This document shows positions 25,068 through 37,925 of a stretch of DNA of 64,000 nucleotides, one piece after another (within the stretch, counting starts at the first letter, position 1; each line of letters begins with the position of its first letter). The notes under the pieces were generated by a model. The model did not search any database. It was not told where the DNA came from and saw only the letters and a list, made by a program, of their open reading frames with translations. The DNA comes from Negativicutes bacterium (GTDB lineage: Bacteria > Bacillota > Negativicutes > UBA1444): positions 1-64,000 of the forward strand of contig CAXXIN010000008.1 of the NCBI GenBank assembly GCA_963665275.2, written 5' to 3'. The position numbers were made by a program, and so were the translations under genes.

Positions 25068-25157
25068 TAATTTATGAAAGAGCTGATTGCTCATTCAAAC
25101 TTGGCTTCTTATTTTCGCCCTGCTTTCACAGGGCCCACGCTATTTCTTGCTCTCTTT

Positions 25158-25228
25158 GTTCAGTTTTCAAGGAACTCGCTGTCTCTCGACGGCTTGTATA
25201 TATTAACACGAGGTAAAAGCCTTGTCAA
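25158..25228 (-). promoter_or_regulatory. rRNA promoter and boxA antitermination site
   Basis: TTGACA-17 nt-TAATAT (25228-25200), followed by the boxA-like GTTCCTTGAAAACTGAAC. Confidence 0.7.
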
Positions 25229-25477
25229 GCGCCAATCATAATGTTTTTCGAACGACCGGGAAGTCCCTAAAACATAGGGTTCATCTCATATTATCGGATC
25301 CGATAATCGCTTCAGTCAAAAAATGTAGTCGGATTTTCTTTTTTCAAGGCAGATGTATAATCACCAGTAACAAGCTGTGAGAACTCTTGCCGCAAACGTG
25401 CCATCAATAGAAATGGAGCCAATCAATCGATCAGCCCCATCATTTTGCCGTACCTATTTCTTATTCAGCTTATCCAT

Positions 25478-26998
<1,521 letters not shown>

Positions 26999-27004
26999 TT
27001 ACCT

Positions 27005-27508
27005 TTAGTTCATCTGAATGTTTACGACTTTGAATTTCATCCGGCCGGCCGGAGCTACCACCTCAACCACCTGCCCGACCTTCTGACCCAAAACGGCGCA
27101 CCCGACAGGCGATTCGTTCGAAATTCTGGCTTCGCTGGGGTCAGCCTCAGCGGATCCGACTATGGTGTAAACCATTTCGCGTCCATGATTGGCAGCTTTG
27201 CCCTTGCCCTCTTTTACTTCCTTGAGAGTAACGGTGCATCCCAGCCCCACTGTTCCTGTGTCTGATTCACAGGTTTCAATCAGTTTGGCGCTGCGCAGCA
27301 TCTTTTCCAGCGACTGAAGCTCGCCTTCAATGAAGGCCTGTTCGTTTTTCGCATCTTCATACTCGGCATTTTCACTGATGTCGCCAAATTCGATGGCTTG
27401 CTTGATTCTCTCGGCGACTTCCTGGCGCCGGACCGACTTGAGATGTTCGAGTTTCTGTTCCAGCTTTTTTAACCCATCAGTTGTCAGGATTGTCTCTTTT
27501 TCAGCCAT
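27005..27508 (-). CDS. greA: Transcription elongation factor GreA
   Basis: FGDISENAEYEDAK and ISNESPVG motifs. Confidence 0.95.
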   Translation of the reverse strand: MAEKETILTTDGLKKLEQKLEHLKSVRRQEVAERIKQAIEFGDISENAEYEDAKNEQAFIEGELQSLEKMLRSAKLIETCESDTGTVGLGCTVTLKEVKEGKGKAANHGREMVYTIVGSAEADPSEARISNESPVGCAVLGQKVGQVVEVVAPAGRMKFKVVNIQMN

Positions 27509-27626
27509 CACGAAGTCTCCTTTACGTATGTCTCTTATTATTATTCACAGCACCGGGCTTCAATATGAAAAAACGTCAAGCATTTCACTTGACTGCTACT
27601 TTTCTTCAACAATTATAGGCACAATC

Positions 27627-28148
27627 TCACTGTTTGTCAATTTCACAAATAGGACACTCAGCTTTCAATGCCTGCAAAAACTCATTAGGACTTACGAGGC
27701 GGGCTTCCCGCCCTGGAAGAAATGAGGGGTCCGCAATCCGCCACAGTGTTACCAACACTTCTGAACAGACCAGTGTTTCCATCCGGTTTTGTACAAACCC
27801 ATCCAACGCCAACTGCCCGGCATAGCGTCCAAACAATTCCTGCACGCCGATGGCCGCACACGTTCTGTATCCATACGGAATATTGAGCGCAGCCCATTGC
27901 CGTGAAAGAGAAAGCATTTTGTCATAAGCAGCCTCTGAAACTTGCTTCGTTACAAACAGACTCGGTATCCATTCATCATATTTTTGCCCGGACTGGAGAA
28001 TGAGTCCCTTGCCAGCCAAGGCTTCCACCAAGATATCATCGGTATCAAATTTTATTGCGACATGTGACCAGCGCGATTTCGTGACCCTGGTAACCATTGA
28101 ATCCATCCAACTCTCGCCTGTGGCAAAAACAAAAGTGATTTGCCTCAT
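27627..28148 (-). CDS. Putative permuted papain-like NlpC/P60 (YiiX/YaeF-like) enzyme
   Basis: SRWSHVAI (His) precedes PYGY and LVCSE (Cys), the permuted order. ATG 28148 overlaps the upstream stop (TAATG). Confidence 0.65.
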   Translation of the reverse strand: MRQITFVFATGESWMDSMVTRVTKSRWSHVAIKFDTDDILVEALAGKGLILQSGQKYDEWIPSLFVTKQVSEAAYDKMLSLSRQWAALNIPYGYRTCAAIGVQELFGRYAGQLALDGFVQNRMETLVCSEVLVTLWRIADPSFLPGREARLVSPNEFLQALKAECPICEIDKQ

Positions 28149-29107
28149 TACCAAGGTTCCAGCGGGAATCGGGCCAGTATTTTTTTGCATAGGTCCTGAC
28201 TGAGCAACGAATCGTCGTGCCGCATTCCTTTCTTAAGTCCCTGCAACGCACGAATTCCTGGTTCTGTAGTCAACCCCAGCTCACCGGTCAGCCGGGACAT
28301 CACAGTTCGCCGCGCCCGTTGGACAGCCAACCCGCCGGCATCGCCACTCTCTGCAAGTTGTTCAGACAGCTCCTGAAACATATAAAAATTGGCCAAATTC
28401 GTCATAGGATTACCGCAGGAACCGGCCTGAGTATTTCCCAAAACTTCCGGCAATGCGTAACGCATGCTCTTTTCCACGGACCATGTCAATTCTTCTGTTT
28501 CAGCACGCATGGATTCCTGTAACGTACGCGCTGTGCAAAGGCCATAGGTCCTGAGCGACCGGATCATTGCATGTTCGACAGTATGGGCGGATTCAAGGCT
28601 GACCAGCCCTCGCAAATTTCCGGTCATGCTAACGGCGGAATCCCTTTCAATATCAGTCCCATATAATGTTACTGGAATATCCCCCAGACTACGGAATTCG
28701 GTAAATCCCCCCTGCGGCGCCCAACCGGCGCCGGATACGACCGGGTAAGCGTCGCGCATTCTGCGAAAATCCTGTAGTTCAAGCCCCTGAACCCGTACAA
28801 ACCCCTGATCGGTTGTCAGGGTTTCCCAGCGAGCATGCGCGACGCCTTCGAGCATTATGGAAATAAACGAAATCGGTTCATTTCCAGGCACTTCGAAGAA
28901 TTGACGTCGAATATCCACCACTTTTGCCACCACACCGATGCGATAAAGCGACCCATCCAACGGAAGTACAGGGCAAACAAAAACATTTTCCCCAGTCTCA
29001 ACTTGAGGCTGCAGTCCTGGCGCTCTTTCCACGAAGCCCCCCAGGGACCTTCCGCCGCCTGGGCGGGGCAGCATCCCATTGGCCACCGGAATCAGCAGTG
29101 CAGACAC
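28148..29107 (-). CDS. Hypothetical protein, possible Lon-N-like N-terminal domain
   Basis: 319-aa ORF overlapping dusB. The LYRIGVVAKVV..IMLEG..R pattern resembles the Lon substrate-binding domain. Confidence 0.7.
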   Translation of the reverse strand: MSALLIPVANGMLPRPGGGRSLGGFVERAPGLQPQVETGENVFVCPVLPLDGSLYRIGVVAKVVDIRRQFFEVPGNEPISFISIMLEGVAHARWETLTTDQGFVRVQGLELQDFRRMRDAYPVVSGAGWAPQGGFTEFRSLGDIPVTLYGTDIERDSAVSMTGNLRGLVSLESAHTVEHAMIRSLRTYGLCTARTLQESMRAETEELTWSVEKSMRYALPEVLGNTQAGSCGNPMTNLANFYMFQELSEQLAESGDAGGLAVQRARRTVMSRLTGELGLTTEPGIRALQGLKKGMRHDDSLLSQDLCKKILARFPLEPW

Positions 29108-30075
29108 AGACCTTCCCCTTTCATATATGCATCCAGAATTTTATTGAAATCGCCGCGATCCATCGCTTGATTAAAGCATGTGCGAAGCTCGGCTGATTTG
29201 GGGTATCCCTTGACATAGCATACTGCATGGCGCCGCATTTCACGTATGGCAATATGCGCTCCCTTCAGCTCTGTCAGCATGTCCAGATGCCGAAGCAACG
29301 TGGATGCACGTTCAGCAAAGGTGGGATTGTCCATCGTTTTACCGGTCTTGAGAAAGGCAGTAATTTGTTGAAAAATCCATATATTTCCGCATGCAGCCCG
29401 TCCCACCATCACCCCATCGCAGCCGGTTTCCCGAAGAAGCCGCTCGGCATCCTGCACGGTGCGGACATCGCCGTTTCCAATAACCGGAACACGAACCGCC
29501 TGTTTCACTTTGCGGATAATATCCCAATCAGCACTGCCAGCATAAAACTGTTCGCGGGTCCTGCCATGCACAGCAATTGCACTGACGCCAGCCTGCTCGG
29601 CAATTTTTGCGATTTCGACAGCGTTAATGGAACAGGCATCCCATCCTGCGCGAATTTTCACCGTTATTGGTATATCGACAGCAGCCACCATTTCCTTCAA
29701 TATCATAAATGCCCTGTCTGGAGTACGAAGCAGGGCCGCTCCTTCTCCATTTCTAACGATTTTATGAGTGGGGCAGCCCATATTGAAGTCAATGATGTCA
29801 GCCCCGGCTTCCGCAACCCGTCGAGCGGCTTCCGCCAACTCAGCCGGTACCGAGCCAAAAAGTTGGATCGCAATTGGGCGTTCCCGTGGATCGATTTTGA
29901 TCAGATCTTTCGTGCGGCAGTTTTCATAGAGCAACCCTTTTGCACTCACCATTTCAGAAACGACTAGGCCGCAGCCCATTTCCTTTGCCAGAAGCCGAAA
30001 AGCCAAATCCGTCACACCAGCCATTGGAGCCAAAACGGACGGGTTGTCGATCCGAACCTTACCGATTTCGTTCAT
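29092..30075 (-). CDS. dusB: tRNA-dihydrouridine synthase B
   Basis: [26 protein letters not shown] and MVGR motifs. Confidence 0.94.
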   Translation of the reverse strand: MNEIGKVRIDNPSVLAPMAGVTDLAFRLLAKEMGCGLVVSEMVSAKGLLYENCRTKDLIKIDPRERPIAIQLFGSVPAELAEAARRVAEAGADIIDFNMGCPTHKIVRNGEGAALLRTPDRAFMILKEMVAAVDIPITVKIRAGWDACSINAVEIAKIAEQAGVSAIAVHGRTREQFYAGSADWDIIRKVKQAVRVPVIGNGDVRTVQDAERLLRETGCDGVMVGRAACGNIWIFQQITAFLKTGKTMDNPTFAERASTLLRHLDMLTELKGAHIAIREMRRHAVCYVKGYPKSAELRTCFNQAMDRGDFNKILDAYMKGEGLCLHC

Positions 30076-30823
30076 AAACGATCCGAAGTCCCTCCAAGGT
30101 GATAAACGGTTCCACCACTTCAATCGTGGAAGATTCCTGTGCGATAAGGTTCGCCAGCCCGCCGGTCGCGATGACTTTGGCCTCGCCGCCGATCTCTTGC
30201 TTCATACGCCGCACCACCTCGTCCACCTGACCCACAAACCCGATGATGATGCCTGCCTGCATACTGGCGACCGTGTTACGGCATATAACATTCTTGGGTT
30301 TGACGAGCTCGATGCGCGGAAGCTTTGCTGCCCTTTGGAAAAGAGCTTCCGTTGATATCCCTATTCCAGGAGCAATGGCGCCTCCCAAATAATCACCGTT
30401 TTCTGCTATTGCACAAAAGGTGGTGGCCGTCCCAAAGTCCACGATAATTAAAGGGCCGCCATATTTCTCATAGGCTCCGATTGCGTTGACGATACGGTCA
30501 GCGCCGACGTCTCTGGGGTTTTCGTAGTGAATGCGGATTCCCGTCTTGATTCCCGGTCCCACGATCAAGGGCTCCCCTCCGAAATATCGAACGCACATGC
30601 GTTGGAGCGGAACAATCAGCGGCGGAACAACCGACGAAATGATAACTGCGCTGATTTGTTTCATATCCACATTCATGTGCTGGAATAAATTGTGAATCAG
30701 GATTCCATATTCATCGGACGTGCGCTGTCGGTCCGTTGAAATACGCCAATGGCATAACAGTTCTTTCTCCTGATAGATCCCCAGCACAATATTTGTGTTT
30801 CCGACGTCCACTACGAACAACAA
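30059..30823 (-). CDS. coaX: Type III pantothenate kinase
   Basis: [19 protein letters not shown] and ATGG motifs. Confidence 0.95.
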   Translation of the reverse strand: MLFVVDVGNTNIVLGIYQEKELLCHWRISTDRQRTSDEYGILIHNLFQHMNVDMKQISAVIISSVVPPLIVPLQRMCVRYFGGEPLIVGPGIKTGIRIHYENPRDVGADRIVNAIGAYEKYGGPLIIVDFGTATTFCAIAENGDYLGGAIAPGIGISTEALFQRAAKLPRIELVKPKNVICRNTVASMQAGIIIGFVGQVDEVVRRMKQEIGGEAKVIATGGLANLIAQESSTIEVVEPFITLEGLRIVYERNR

Positions 30824-30855
30824 TGAAAACGCCTCCCCATGCATATTATAAATCT

Positions 30856-31839
30856 TCAGTCCGCTGTCAAGGGACGGATTGAAACATCGCCTGCCAGCAC
30901 TCGCTCCACGCCCTGCGTCGTTTCGACCAACAGAGCTCCTTCTGCATCAATGTCAATGGCTTTTCCAACAAAAGACTTATCCAGACCGATCACGTTGACC
31001 ATGCGGCCGAGAGTAATGGATTCCTGCCGCCAAGCATCCAGCACCGCCGCGAACCCCGTCGCTTTTACCTGTAAATACAGTGACTCCAATTGTTCCAGAA
31101 CTTTGATAAACAGGTCGATTCGAGAAACCGGGGCCCCGGTTTCTATTGAAACGGATGTGGCGATATTTTTCAAATCCGGTGGAATCTCACTCACTCCGAA
31201 ATTCACGTTGATACCCATACCAATTACAATGTGATTGATTGCATCCATTTCGGCATTCATTTCAGTCAGGATTCCAACCAGTTTTCGTCCATTGCACAAG
31301 ATATCATTAGGCCACTTGATGCCGCAGGGAATTCCGGCAATTTCGCGGATAGCACGATTCAGAGCCACGGCAGCCATTAGCGTACACTTTGGCGCTTCCT
31401 GCGGCGGAAACGGGGGGCGCAAAACAAGCGAAAACCATATTCCTTTTGCCACTGGCGAAAACCACCCGCGCGAAAGGCGGCCTCTCCCACCTAGCTGAGT
31501 CTCCGTAATGACCACGGTCCCCTCTGGGCAGCCGGCAGTCGCCAGTTTTTTTGCTTCATCGTTCGTGGAGCTGATCTCGGAAAAATAATAAAGTTCACGT
31601 CCGAAAATATGTGTTGTAATGCGAGGACAAACTTCCTCCGGTCTTAGCAGGTCGGGCAATTGCTTCAACCGATGACCCTGACTGGCTGTCGACTCAATAT
31701 CATACCCTTCCAGACGCAATTTGGCGATCTGTTTGCTGACGGCAGCCCGCGAAATGTTGAGCTGTCTGCCTAATTCTTCACCAGAAACAAACTGCCCTGT
31801 CTGACTGCGGAGCATTGCTAAAATTGTGCTGCGATTCAT
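30856..31839 (-). CDS. birA: Bifunctional biotin--protein ligase/repressor
   Basis: N-terminal HTH (SGEELG..SRAAVSK), GRGR, KWPND and KLVGIL motifs. Confidence 0.95.
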   Translation of the reverse strand: MNRSTILAMLRSQTGQFVSGEELGRQLNISRAAVSKQIAKLRLEGYDIESTASQGHRLKQLPDLLRPEEVCPRITTHIFGRELYYFSEISSTNDEAKKLATAGCPEGTVVITETQLGGRGRLSRGWFSPVAKGIWFSLVLRPPFPPQEAPKCTLMAAVALNRAIREIAGIPCGIKWPNDILCNGRKLVGILTEMNAEMDAINHIVIGMGINVNFGVSEIPPDLKNIATSVSIETGAPVSRIDLFIKVLEQLESLYLQVKATGFAAVLDAWRQESITLGRMVNVIGLDKSFVGKAIDIDAEGALLVETTQGVERVLAGDVSIRPLTAD

Positions 31840-31871
31840 GGCGCCATCTCCCCGCTTACCTGATTCGCGAC

Positions 31872-32258
31872 TTATTTCCTGATTTCGCCGTGTATTTCCT
31901 CATTCTTCATTTCGGAAATACGGTTGTCGGCATCGAGAAAAGCCACCGTTGGTTTCCAATCCCGCGCCTCCCGGTCATCAAGCATCGCGTACGTGATGAT
32001 AATCACCTTATCGCCAGGTTGTACCAACCGGGCCGCCGCTCCATTGAGGCAGATGACCCCCGAACCGCGGGGACCAGGTATCGCATAGGTCTCCAGACGT
32101 TCCCCATTATTGATATCAACTACCTGAACTTTTTCATTGACCAGAATATCAGCAGCGTTCATGAGGTCTTCGTCAATCGTTATGCTTCCGACATAGTCCA
32201 GGCATGCCTGAGTTACCGTTGCCCGATGCAGTTTCGATTTGAATACCGTGCGGAACAT
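31872..32258 (-). CDS. panD: Aspartate 1-decarboxylase
   Basis: [13 protein letters not shown]|SITID cleavage site and NGAAAR. Confidence 0.96.
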   Translation of the reverse strand: MFRTVFKSKLHRATVTQACLDYVGSITIDEDLMNAADILVNEKVQVVDINNGERLETYAIPGPRGSGVICLNGAAARLVQPGDKVIIITYAMLDDREARDWKPTVAFLDADNRISEMKNEEIHGEIRK

Positions 32259-32259
32259 G

Positions 32260-33117
32260 CTATTTTCCCTCCCAGATCAAATTATCGATCAAACGTGTTT
32301 TGCCGAATCTGACGGCCAAGGCGATTAGCGCCGGTCCAGAAATTTGTTGCAACGGCTCAAGCACTGTCGGATCCACAATAGAAATATATTCTACCCTAGC
32401 CAACGGTTCCCGGCTAATTAAGTCGTTCATAACCGCCAAAATCTGTCCTGAATCCTTTTCTCCAGCTTGCAGAAGCTCCTGCGCCCGCACCAAAGTTCTG
32501 GACAATACCAACGCGGCCTGTCGTTCATCCGGACTCAGATATTGATTTCGGGATGAAAGCGCCAGTCCGTCGGATTCGCGTACGATCGGAACCGCCACGA
32601 TTTTTACGTTCATGTTCAAATCATCGACCATTCGTCTAATTACCGTCACTTGTTGGGCATCTTTCTGCCCGAAATAGCCAACATCCGCCTCTGTGATGTT
32701 CAAGAGTTTGGCAACAACCGTGGAAACGCCGCGAAAATGACCGGGGCGCGAAGCACCACACAACTTCGTCGTGATTTGTTCCACATCCACAAAGGTCAGG
32801 GTACGTCCATTTCCCGCAGGATACATCTCGTCAACGGAGGGTGCGAACAGTACATCTATCCCTGTCGTCTCCGCCATTGCACTGTCACGTTTCAGATCGC
32901 GCGGATAAACAGCGTAATCCTCCTGGGGGCCGAATTGCAGTGGGTTAACAAATATGGTGGCGATGACGACGTCCTGCTCCGCGCGGGCCTTTCGCATCAA
33001 AGTCAGATGACCTTCATGGAGGTACCCCATTGTAGGCACCACACCGATGGTCTGTCCGGCAGCACGGGCCGAACGGATAATTGTTTTGAGTTCTGCGACA
33101 CAGGTTATAATCTGCAT
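32260..33117 (-). CDS. panC: Pantoate--beta-alanine ligase
   Basis: [34 protein letters not shown] and RLIDN motifs. Confidence 0.96.
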   Translation of the reverse strand: MQIITCVAELKTIIRSARAAGQTIGVVPTMGYLHEGHLTLMRKARAEQDVVIATIFVNPLQFGPQEDYAVYPRDLKRDSAMAETTGIDVLFAPSVDEMYPAGNGRTLTFVDVEQITTKLCGASRPGHFRGVSTVVAKLLNITEADVGYFGQKDAQQVTVIRRMVDDLNMNVKIVAVPIVRESDGLALSSRNQYLSPDERQAALVLSRTLVRAQELLQAGEKDSGQILAVMNDLISREPLARVEYISIVDPTVLEPLQQISGPALIALAVRFGKTRLIDNLIWEGK

Positions 33118-33144
33118 GGAGAAACACCTCTTCATTTCGCCGCA

Positions 33145-33250
33145 AATAAACAATGCGCCTTCCCGCAAGCAGGAAGGCGCACATCACAACAAACACAGAC
33201 TTTGCGTCCCCCGTCTCGGTCGCTCAGGATCCAAGCGGTCTTTGGGAAAA
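33145..33250 (-). promoter_or_regulatory. Putative pan RNA motif leader with intrinsic terminator (attenuator) upstream of panC
   Basis: AAAGACC..TCCTGAG..GAGACGGGGAC..GTCT stem resembling the pan motif, then terminator TGCGCCTTCC-TGCTTGCG-GGAAGGCGCA-TTGTTT. Confidence 0.6.
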
Positions 33251-33357
33251 CAGTATTGTTTTTTGCGGGCTTTTTTGTGCAGCTCTCTGAGGATGCCGCC
33301 ATAGTTCGCCATAATACTAGCACTTTGCAAAAAACGAGTCAATGTGTTTATGTATTT

Positions 33358-33765
33358 TCAACCGATATTTTTCTGTTTTTCCATCGTCTTAGCCAAAAAC
33401 GCGGGCATATTCGCAACAATGAATCGTTCATGTCGGCATTTACCGACCGTTTCCACGTCGTCAACCGCCACAATGTCAAAGACAAGTCTTTTACCTGTGA
33501 CTTCCACGAGCTCAGCACGCGCCGTGACCGTCAATCCAATGGGAGTAGCCGCCGTATGGTTCATCTCCACCCGCGTTCCCACGCTGCCTTCCCCCGGCAA
33601 CAAGGTTTGACGAATAGCATCAATGGCCGCCTGTTCCATCAGCGCCACCAGCATGGGCGTTGCATAAACTTTAGCTCCGGCATTGCCGAATACTTCAGCG
33701 GTGTTCGCATCAGTTACAACGATTTTCGCTTCGCCGGTCAGACCCGGCCTCAATCCCTCAGGCAT
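33358..33765 (-). CDS. Thioesterase (fluoroacetyl-CoA thioesterase FlK-like hotdog fold)
   Basis: [24 protein letters not shown] and HERF motifs. Start overlaps the ftsH stop. Confidence 0.85.
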   Translation of the reverse strand: MPEGLRPGLTGEAKIVVTDANTAEVFGNAGAKVYATPMLVALMEQAAIDAIRQTLLPGEGSVGTRVEMNHTAATPIGLTVTARAELVEVTGKRLVFDIVAVDDVETVGKCRHERFIVANMPAFLAKTMEKQKNIG

Positions 33766-35683
33766 TGCCGCCACTCGTATCCGGCAGATTATAAACCACC
33801 TTTGGACCTGGCTCGGCATCAGGCGCAGGAATAGCATTCGTTGGCGCAGTCAACAGTTCGGTCGGCTCTTCTTCCGCCGGTTTCTCGGTAATCCGGCCAT
33901 CCCGCATCAATTGTTCGAGTTCGAATGCCTCCAGCGTTTCCTTCTCGATTAGTGCCGCTGCAATCAAATGCAACTTATCGAGGTGTTCCCTCAGCATCTC
34001 TTCCGTCTTTTCATAAGCGTCTTCGATCAGCCGCCGAACTTCCTTGTCGATAGAATAGGCGACTTCCTCGCTGTAATTTCGGTCCCTGGAGATATCACGA
34101 CCCAGGAAAACCTGCGTATCCTGGCGGCGACCGAAGGTGATCGGCCCCAAAACTTCGCTCATGCCAAACTCGCAGATCATCTTGCGGGCCAACTCAGTCG
34201 CACGCTCAAGGTCGTTCTGCGCCCCGGTCGATATTTCTTCCAGAACCACCGCCTCAGCCACCCGGCCGCCAAGCAGAGTCCTGAGCTGGTCTTTCAGTTC
34301 TGAACGTGTCGCATAGTTGCGGTCCTCTTTCGGCAGCATCAACGTATACCCACCGGCCCGACCACGCGGGATAATCGAGACTTTGTGAACGGGGTCAGCA
34401 TTCGGCATTACCATGGCGATCAATGCATGCCCGGCCTCATGGTAAGCAGTAAGTTTTTTGTCCTTCTCGCTGATAACCTTGCTTTTGCGTTCTGGTCCAG
34501 CCACTACTCGCTCGACGGATTCCTCAAGTTCATTCATACCGATACGCTTCTTATTCCGCCTGGCAGACAAGAGCGCTGCTTCATTAACCAGGTTACTGAG
34601 GTCCGCGCCAGTGAATCCGGGCGTTCGGCGGGCCAACACTTCAAGGTCGGCTTCTTTATCGACAGGTTTTCCCTTGGTGTGCACTTTCAAAATTGCCTGA
34701 CGGCCTTTGACATCGGGTTTATCGACGACGATATGACGGTCGAACCGACCTGGCCTGAGCAGTGCGGGGTCGAGGATGTCCGGTCGGTTGGTCGCCGCAA
34801 TGATAATGATGCCCTCGTTGACGCCGAAACCATCCATTTCCACCAGCAACTGGTTCAGCGTCTGCTCGCGTTCATCATGGCCGCCACCGAGACCGGCGCC
34901 GCGTTGACGACCCACTGCATCGATCTCATCAATAAACACGATGCAGGGAGCGCTCTTCTTGGCCTGCTCGAAAAGATCGCGTACACGGGAGGCGCCAACG
35001 CCCACGAACATCTCCACAAAATCGGACCCACTGATGGAGAAAAACGGCACGCCAGCTTCGCCGGCAACCGCTCTAGCCAACAAGGTTTTCCCTGTTCCGG
35101 GAGGCCCAAAGAGCAATACGCCTTTGGGAATCCTGGCGCCTAAATCATTAAATTTTTTGGGGTGCTTCAGGAATTCAACAACTTCTTCCAGTTCTTCTTT
35201 TGCTTCCTCCGCCCCTGCCACATCATCGAAGGTCACCTTGATCTTTTCCTCGTTATGCAGTTTGGCGCGGCTCTTGCCGAAAGACATGACCTTGCTTCCG
35301 CCGCCCTGAGTCTGTTGCATAATAAAGAACCAAACCCCTATTAGCAACAGCATCGGCAACAACGACGAAAAGAGCGTCGTCCACCACGGCGGTTGAGGGG
35401 GCTGTTCGGCTTTGATATCAATCTTCTTTTCGCGCAGGATGTTAATCAGCGCAGGATCATTGGGGGTGACCAGCGTAAACTCCTGGCCATCCTTCAGTTT
35501 GCCGCGGATCGTATTGTCCACGATGGTGACGCGTTCGACTTTCTGGTCTTCAACCTGCTTTAAGAAAGCTGAGTATGAGACTTCAGTCTTGGTCGTCGTC
35601 TTGGACGAATAATAGTCGATGATGGATATCGCAATGATGATGATCAGCAGGTAAAAACCCACATTCCGAAAAAACTTGTTCAA
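33758..35683 (-). CDS. ftsH: ATP-dependent zinc metalloprotease FtsH
   Basis: Two TM segments, GPPGTGKT, second region of homology and HEAGH zinc motif. Confidence 0.98.
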   Translation of the reverse strand: MNKFFRNVGFYLLIIIIAISIIDYYSSKTTTKTEVSYSAFLKQVEDQKVERVTIVDNTIRGKLKDGQEFTLVTPNDPALINILREKKIDIKAEQPPQPPWWTTLFSSLLPMLLLIGVWFFIMQQTQGGGSKVMSFGKSRAKLHNEEKIKVTFDDVAGAEEAKEELEEVVEFLKHPKKFNDLGARIPKGVLLFGPPGTGKTLLARAVAGEAGVPFFSISGSDFVEMFVGVGASRVRDLFEQAKKSAPCIVFIDEIDAVGRQRGAGLGGGHDEREQTLNQLLVEMDGFGVNEGIIIIAATNRPDILDPALLRPGRFDRHIVVDKPDVKGRQAILKVHTKGKPVDKEADLEVLARRTPGFTGADLSNLVNEAALLSARRNKKRIGMNELEESVERVVAGPERKSKVISEKDKKLTAYHEAGHALIAMVMPNADPVHKVSIIPRGRAGGYTLMLPKEDRNYATRSELKDQLRTLLGGRVAEAVVLEEISTGAQNDLERATELARKMICEFGMSEVLGPITFGRRQDTQVFLGRDISRDRNYSEEVAYSIDKEVRRLIEDAYEKTEEMLREHLDKLHLIAAALIEKETLEAFELEQLMRDGRITEKPAEEEPTELLTAPTNAIPAPDAEPGPKVVYNLPDTSGGNA

Positions 35684-35792
35684 AGAGGCCTCCTATTGTC
35701 AGCTCAAGTCGGCTGCCATTGATATGATTCGTAGGGGATAATTATATCACAAAACATACCTGTGGAAAAGAGTTGTCCCAGAGGCTTCCGGC

Positions 35793-36335
35793 TCAGTCTT
35801 TTTCATAGATTTCAGGTTTCAGAATACCAATGAACGGTAGGTTTCTGTACTTACCTGCGTAATCCAGGCCATATCCAACAACGAAGTGATCAGGGATGAT
35901 AAAGCCATTGTAATCGACCTGCACATCGACCTTGCGCCTGTCAGGTTTGCTGAGCAACGTGCATATTCTTACACTTGCCGGTTTCCGCGACTTCAGGTTA
36001 TCTACCAGATAATTCAGGGTCAGTCCAGAATCAATGATGTCTTCAACAATCAGAATATGCCGACCCTGCACTACTTCATCCAAATCTTTAATAATCCGCA
36101 CCACGCCGCTGGAACTCGTGGACAATCCGTAACTGCTGATAGCCATAAAATCAATATCGATTGGCCGCTTGATCGCACGGGCCAAGTCGGACATGAAAAT
36201 GACTGCACCCCGCAGCACTCCGATCATTAGAATATCCTGGCCTGCATAATCATTGGTGATTTGTTGGCCTAGCTCCCGAACGCGCGCGCCAATTTCTTCC
36301 GAAGTAATAAGAATTCTTTCTACATCTTTTAACAT
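35793..36335 (-). CDS. hpt: Hypoxanthine phosphoribosyltransferase
   Basis: [14 protein letters not shown] motif and FVVGYGLDY. Confidence 0.96.
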   Translation of the reverse strand: MLKDVERILITSEEIGARVRELGQQITNDYAGQDILMIGVLRGAVIFMSDLARAIKRPIDIDFMAISSYGLSTSSSGVVRIIKDLDEVVQGRHILIVEDIIDSGLTLNYLVDNLKSRKPASVRICTLLSKPDRRKVDVQVDYNGFIIPDHFVVGYGLDYAGKYRNLPFIGILKPEIYEKD

Positions 36336-36350
36336 ACCTATTGCCTCCTG

Positions 36351-37772
36351 TCAGTGTGAACTATCAAACTTGATTCTTTCGATCAGTATATACTTTGTGG
36401 TTCCCGGCAAAATTCGTCCCCTTTGCTCCCTGCGCCAACCCACAACCCAGATAATTCCGGTGGCATCGCATAAGATCGGCACCGCATCGCGCCCCTCGAC
36501 CGGAATCTTCAAGTCAATCAGCAACTTTTTTAGTTTGCGTGCTCCCGGTGCACCCATTGGCTGAAACAGATCTCCTGGACGACGCTGCCGCAGCGTTAGT
36601 GGAAGTTGCAATGCCGCGAGATCAAATGCCACTTTGTCAGGTCCAAGATCGCTGGTCTGCGGCAATGCGCCCGTATGCACGGAGCAGCGAAAAACGGCTC
36701 CAAACTCCTCCACCGTCGTTTCGCCCGGGCAAGCCAACTTCACGGCAATGGCAACGCTCTGCGAACGACAGGCTTCAACGGAATCGGCCGCAGCCCGCCT
36801 TTCAATAAAACAATCCTTATAACTTTTACGGGCTTGCAATTCACCTGGCAGGTCAATGCGATGAGCGCCACGGTCCTGTTGAAACAGCTGACGCAGTTGC
36901 TCCACATGCAAAAAAGATATCCCCTTGAGGTTGCCGCGGACTTTTTCCAGCAAGTTTAACAGCAGTTCCCGTTGAACAGCCACATGCAGCCGCGAAAACA
37001 CATCCGCATCGAATCGATATCCCGCATTCTCCCGCACAGCCCACTGCGGCGCCAAACGCTCCACATAACTGCTCAGAAACGCATGATCGTCTGCTAAAAT
37101 TTCCGCCGTCCGGCATAACGTTTCCGTCAGCGCCGGATTATACCGCTGTCGCAGCAAAGGCATCAGCTCATGACGTACCCGGTTGCGTTTGAATTCGATG
37201 TTGGAATTCGTGGCATCGGTTCTGGGTTGCAAATTTCGCGCACGACAATAAAGGTCTATCTCTGCACGTGTCACACAAAGCAAGGGCCGAACAATTCCTC
37301 CCTGCCTGGGTCGCATCGCGCGCAGCCCCCGCTCACCGCTGCCGCGAAGCAAATTCAGCAGCACAGTTTCGGCCTGATCGTCGCGGTGATGCCCCGTTGC
37401 AACCAGAGCTTCACCAATTTCGGCTGCCGCCTGCTGCAGAAAACGATACCGCAGCAGACGGGAAACTTCTTCTACCGATCCGCCCCGGCGACGTACTTCA
37501 CTCTTCACGTCGGCTCCACCGCTTTGAAAAGGCAACTTGCGGCTCTCACAAAATTGCCGCACGAACTCCGCATCCTGGGCGGATTCTTCACCCCGCAACC
37601 CATGATCAAAATGAGCGATGAACAGATTAAATTGTAAATCCTGGCGCAGACCGTCGAGCAAATCAACGAGCGCCAGAGAGTCCGGCCCGCCCGAGCAGGC
37701 AGCCACTATATTCGCACCCTGCGGCAACAGGGCATGCTTCATCGCCCACTCGCGAACCCTGCTCCGGATCAT
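36351..37772 (-). CDS. tilS: tRNA(Ile)-lysidine synthetase
   Basis: SGGPDS PP-loop, HHRDDQAET and RNRVRH motifs. tilS-hpt-ftsH synteny. Confidence 0.95.
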   Translation of the reverse strand: MIRSRVREWAMKHALLPQGANIVAACSGGPDSLALVDLLDGLRQDLQFNLFIAHFDHGLRGEESAQDAEFVRQFCESRKLPFQSGGADVKSEVRRRGGSVEEVSRLLRYRFLQQAAAEIGEALVATGHHRDDQAETVLLNLLRGSGERGLRAMRPRQGGIVRPLLCVTRAEIDLYCRARNLQPRTDATNSNIEFKRNRVRHELMPLLRQRYNPALTETLCRTAEILADDHAFLSSYVERLAPQWAVRENAGYRFDADVFSRLHVAVQRELLLNLLEKVRGNLKGISFLHVEQLRQLFQQDRGAHRIDLPGELQARKSYKDCFIERRAAADSVEACRSQSVAIAVKLACPGETTVEEFGAVFRCSVHTGALPQTSDLGPDKVAFDLAALQLPLTLRQRRPGDLFQPMGAPGARKLKKLLIDLKIPVEGRDAVPILCDATGIIWVVGWRREQRGRILPGTTKYILIERIKFDSSH

Positions 37773-37925
37773 CTCAATCCTCCACCTAGTGTTTTCGGCG
37801 CCGGACGTCTTTTTCCTGCGACTCCTACACCCCTCTGCGAAAACGAAGCCTTCAACTCATACCCGTTTATAATATATTCAAATTCAACTTGGCGCAAGCA
37901 CGAAAGCATCAAATTTCCTAATGCT

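Noticed and set aside
32650-33834. 394-aa plus-strand ORF
   Set aside because: Antisense to panC, the pan leader and the thioesterase, with no coherent protein features.
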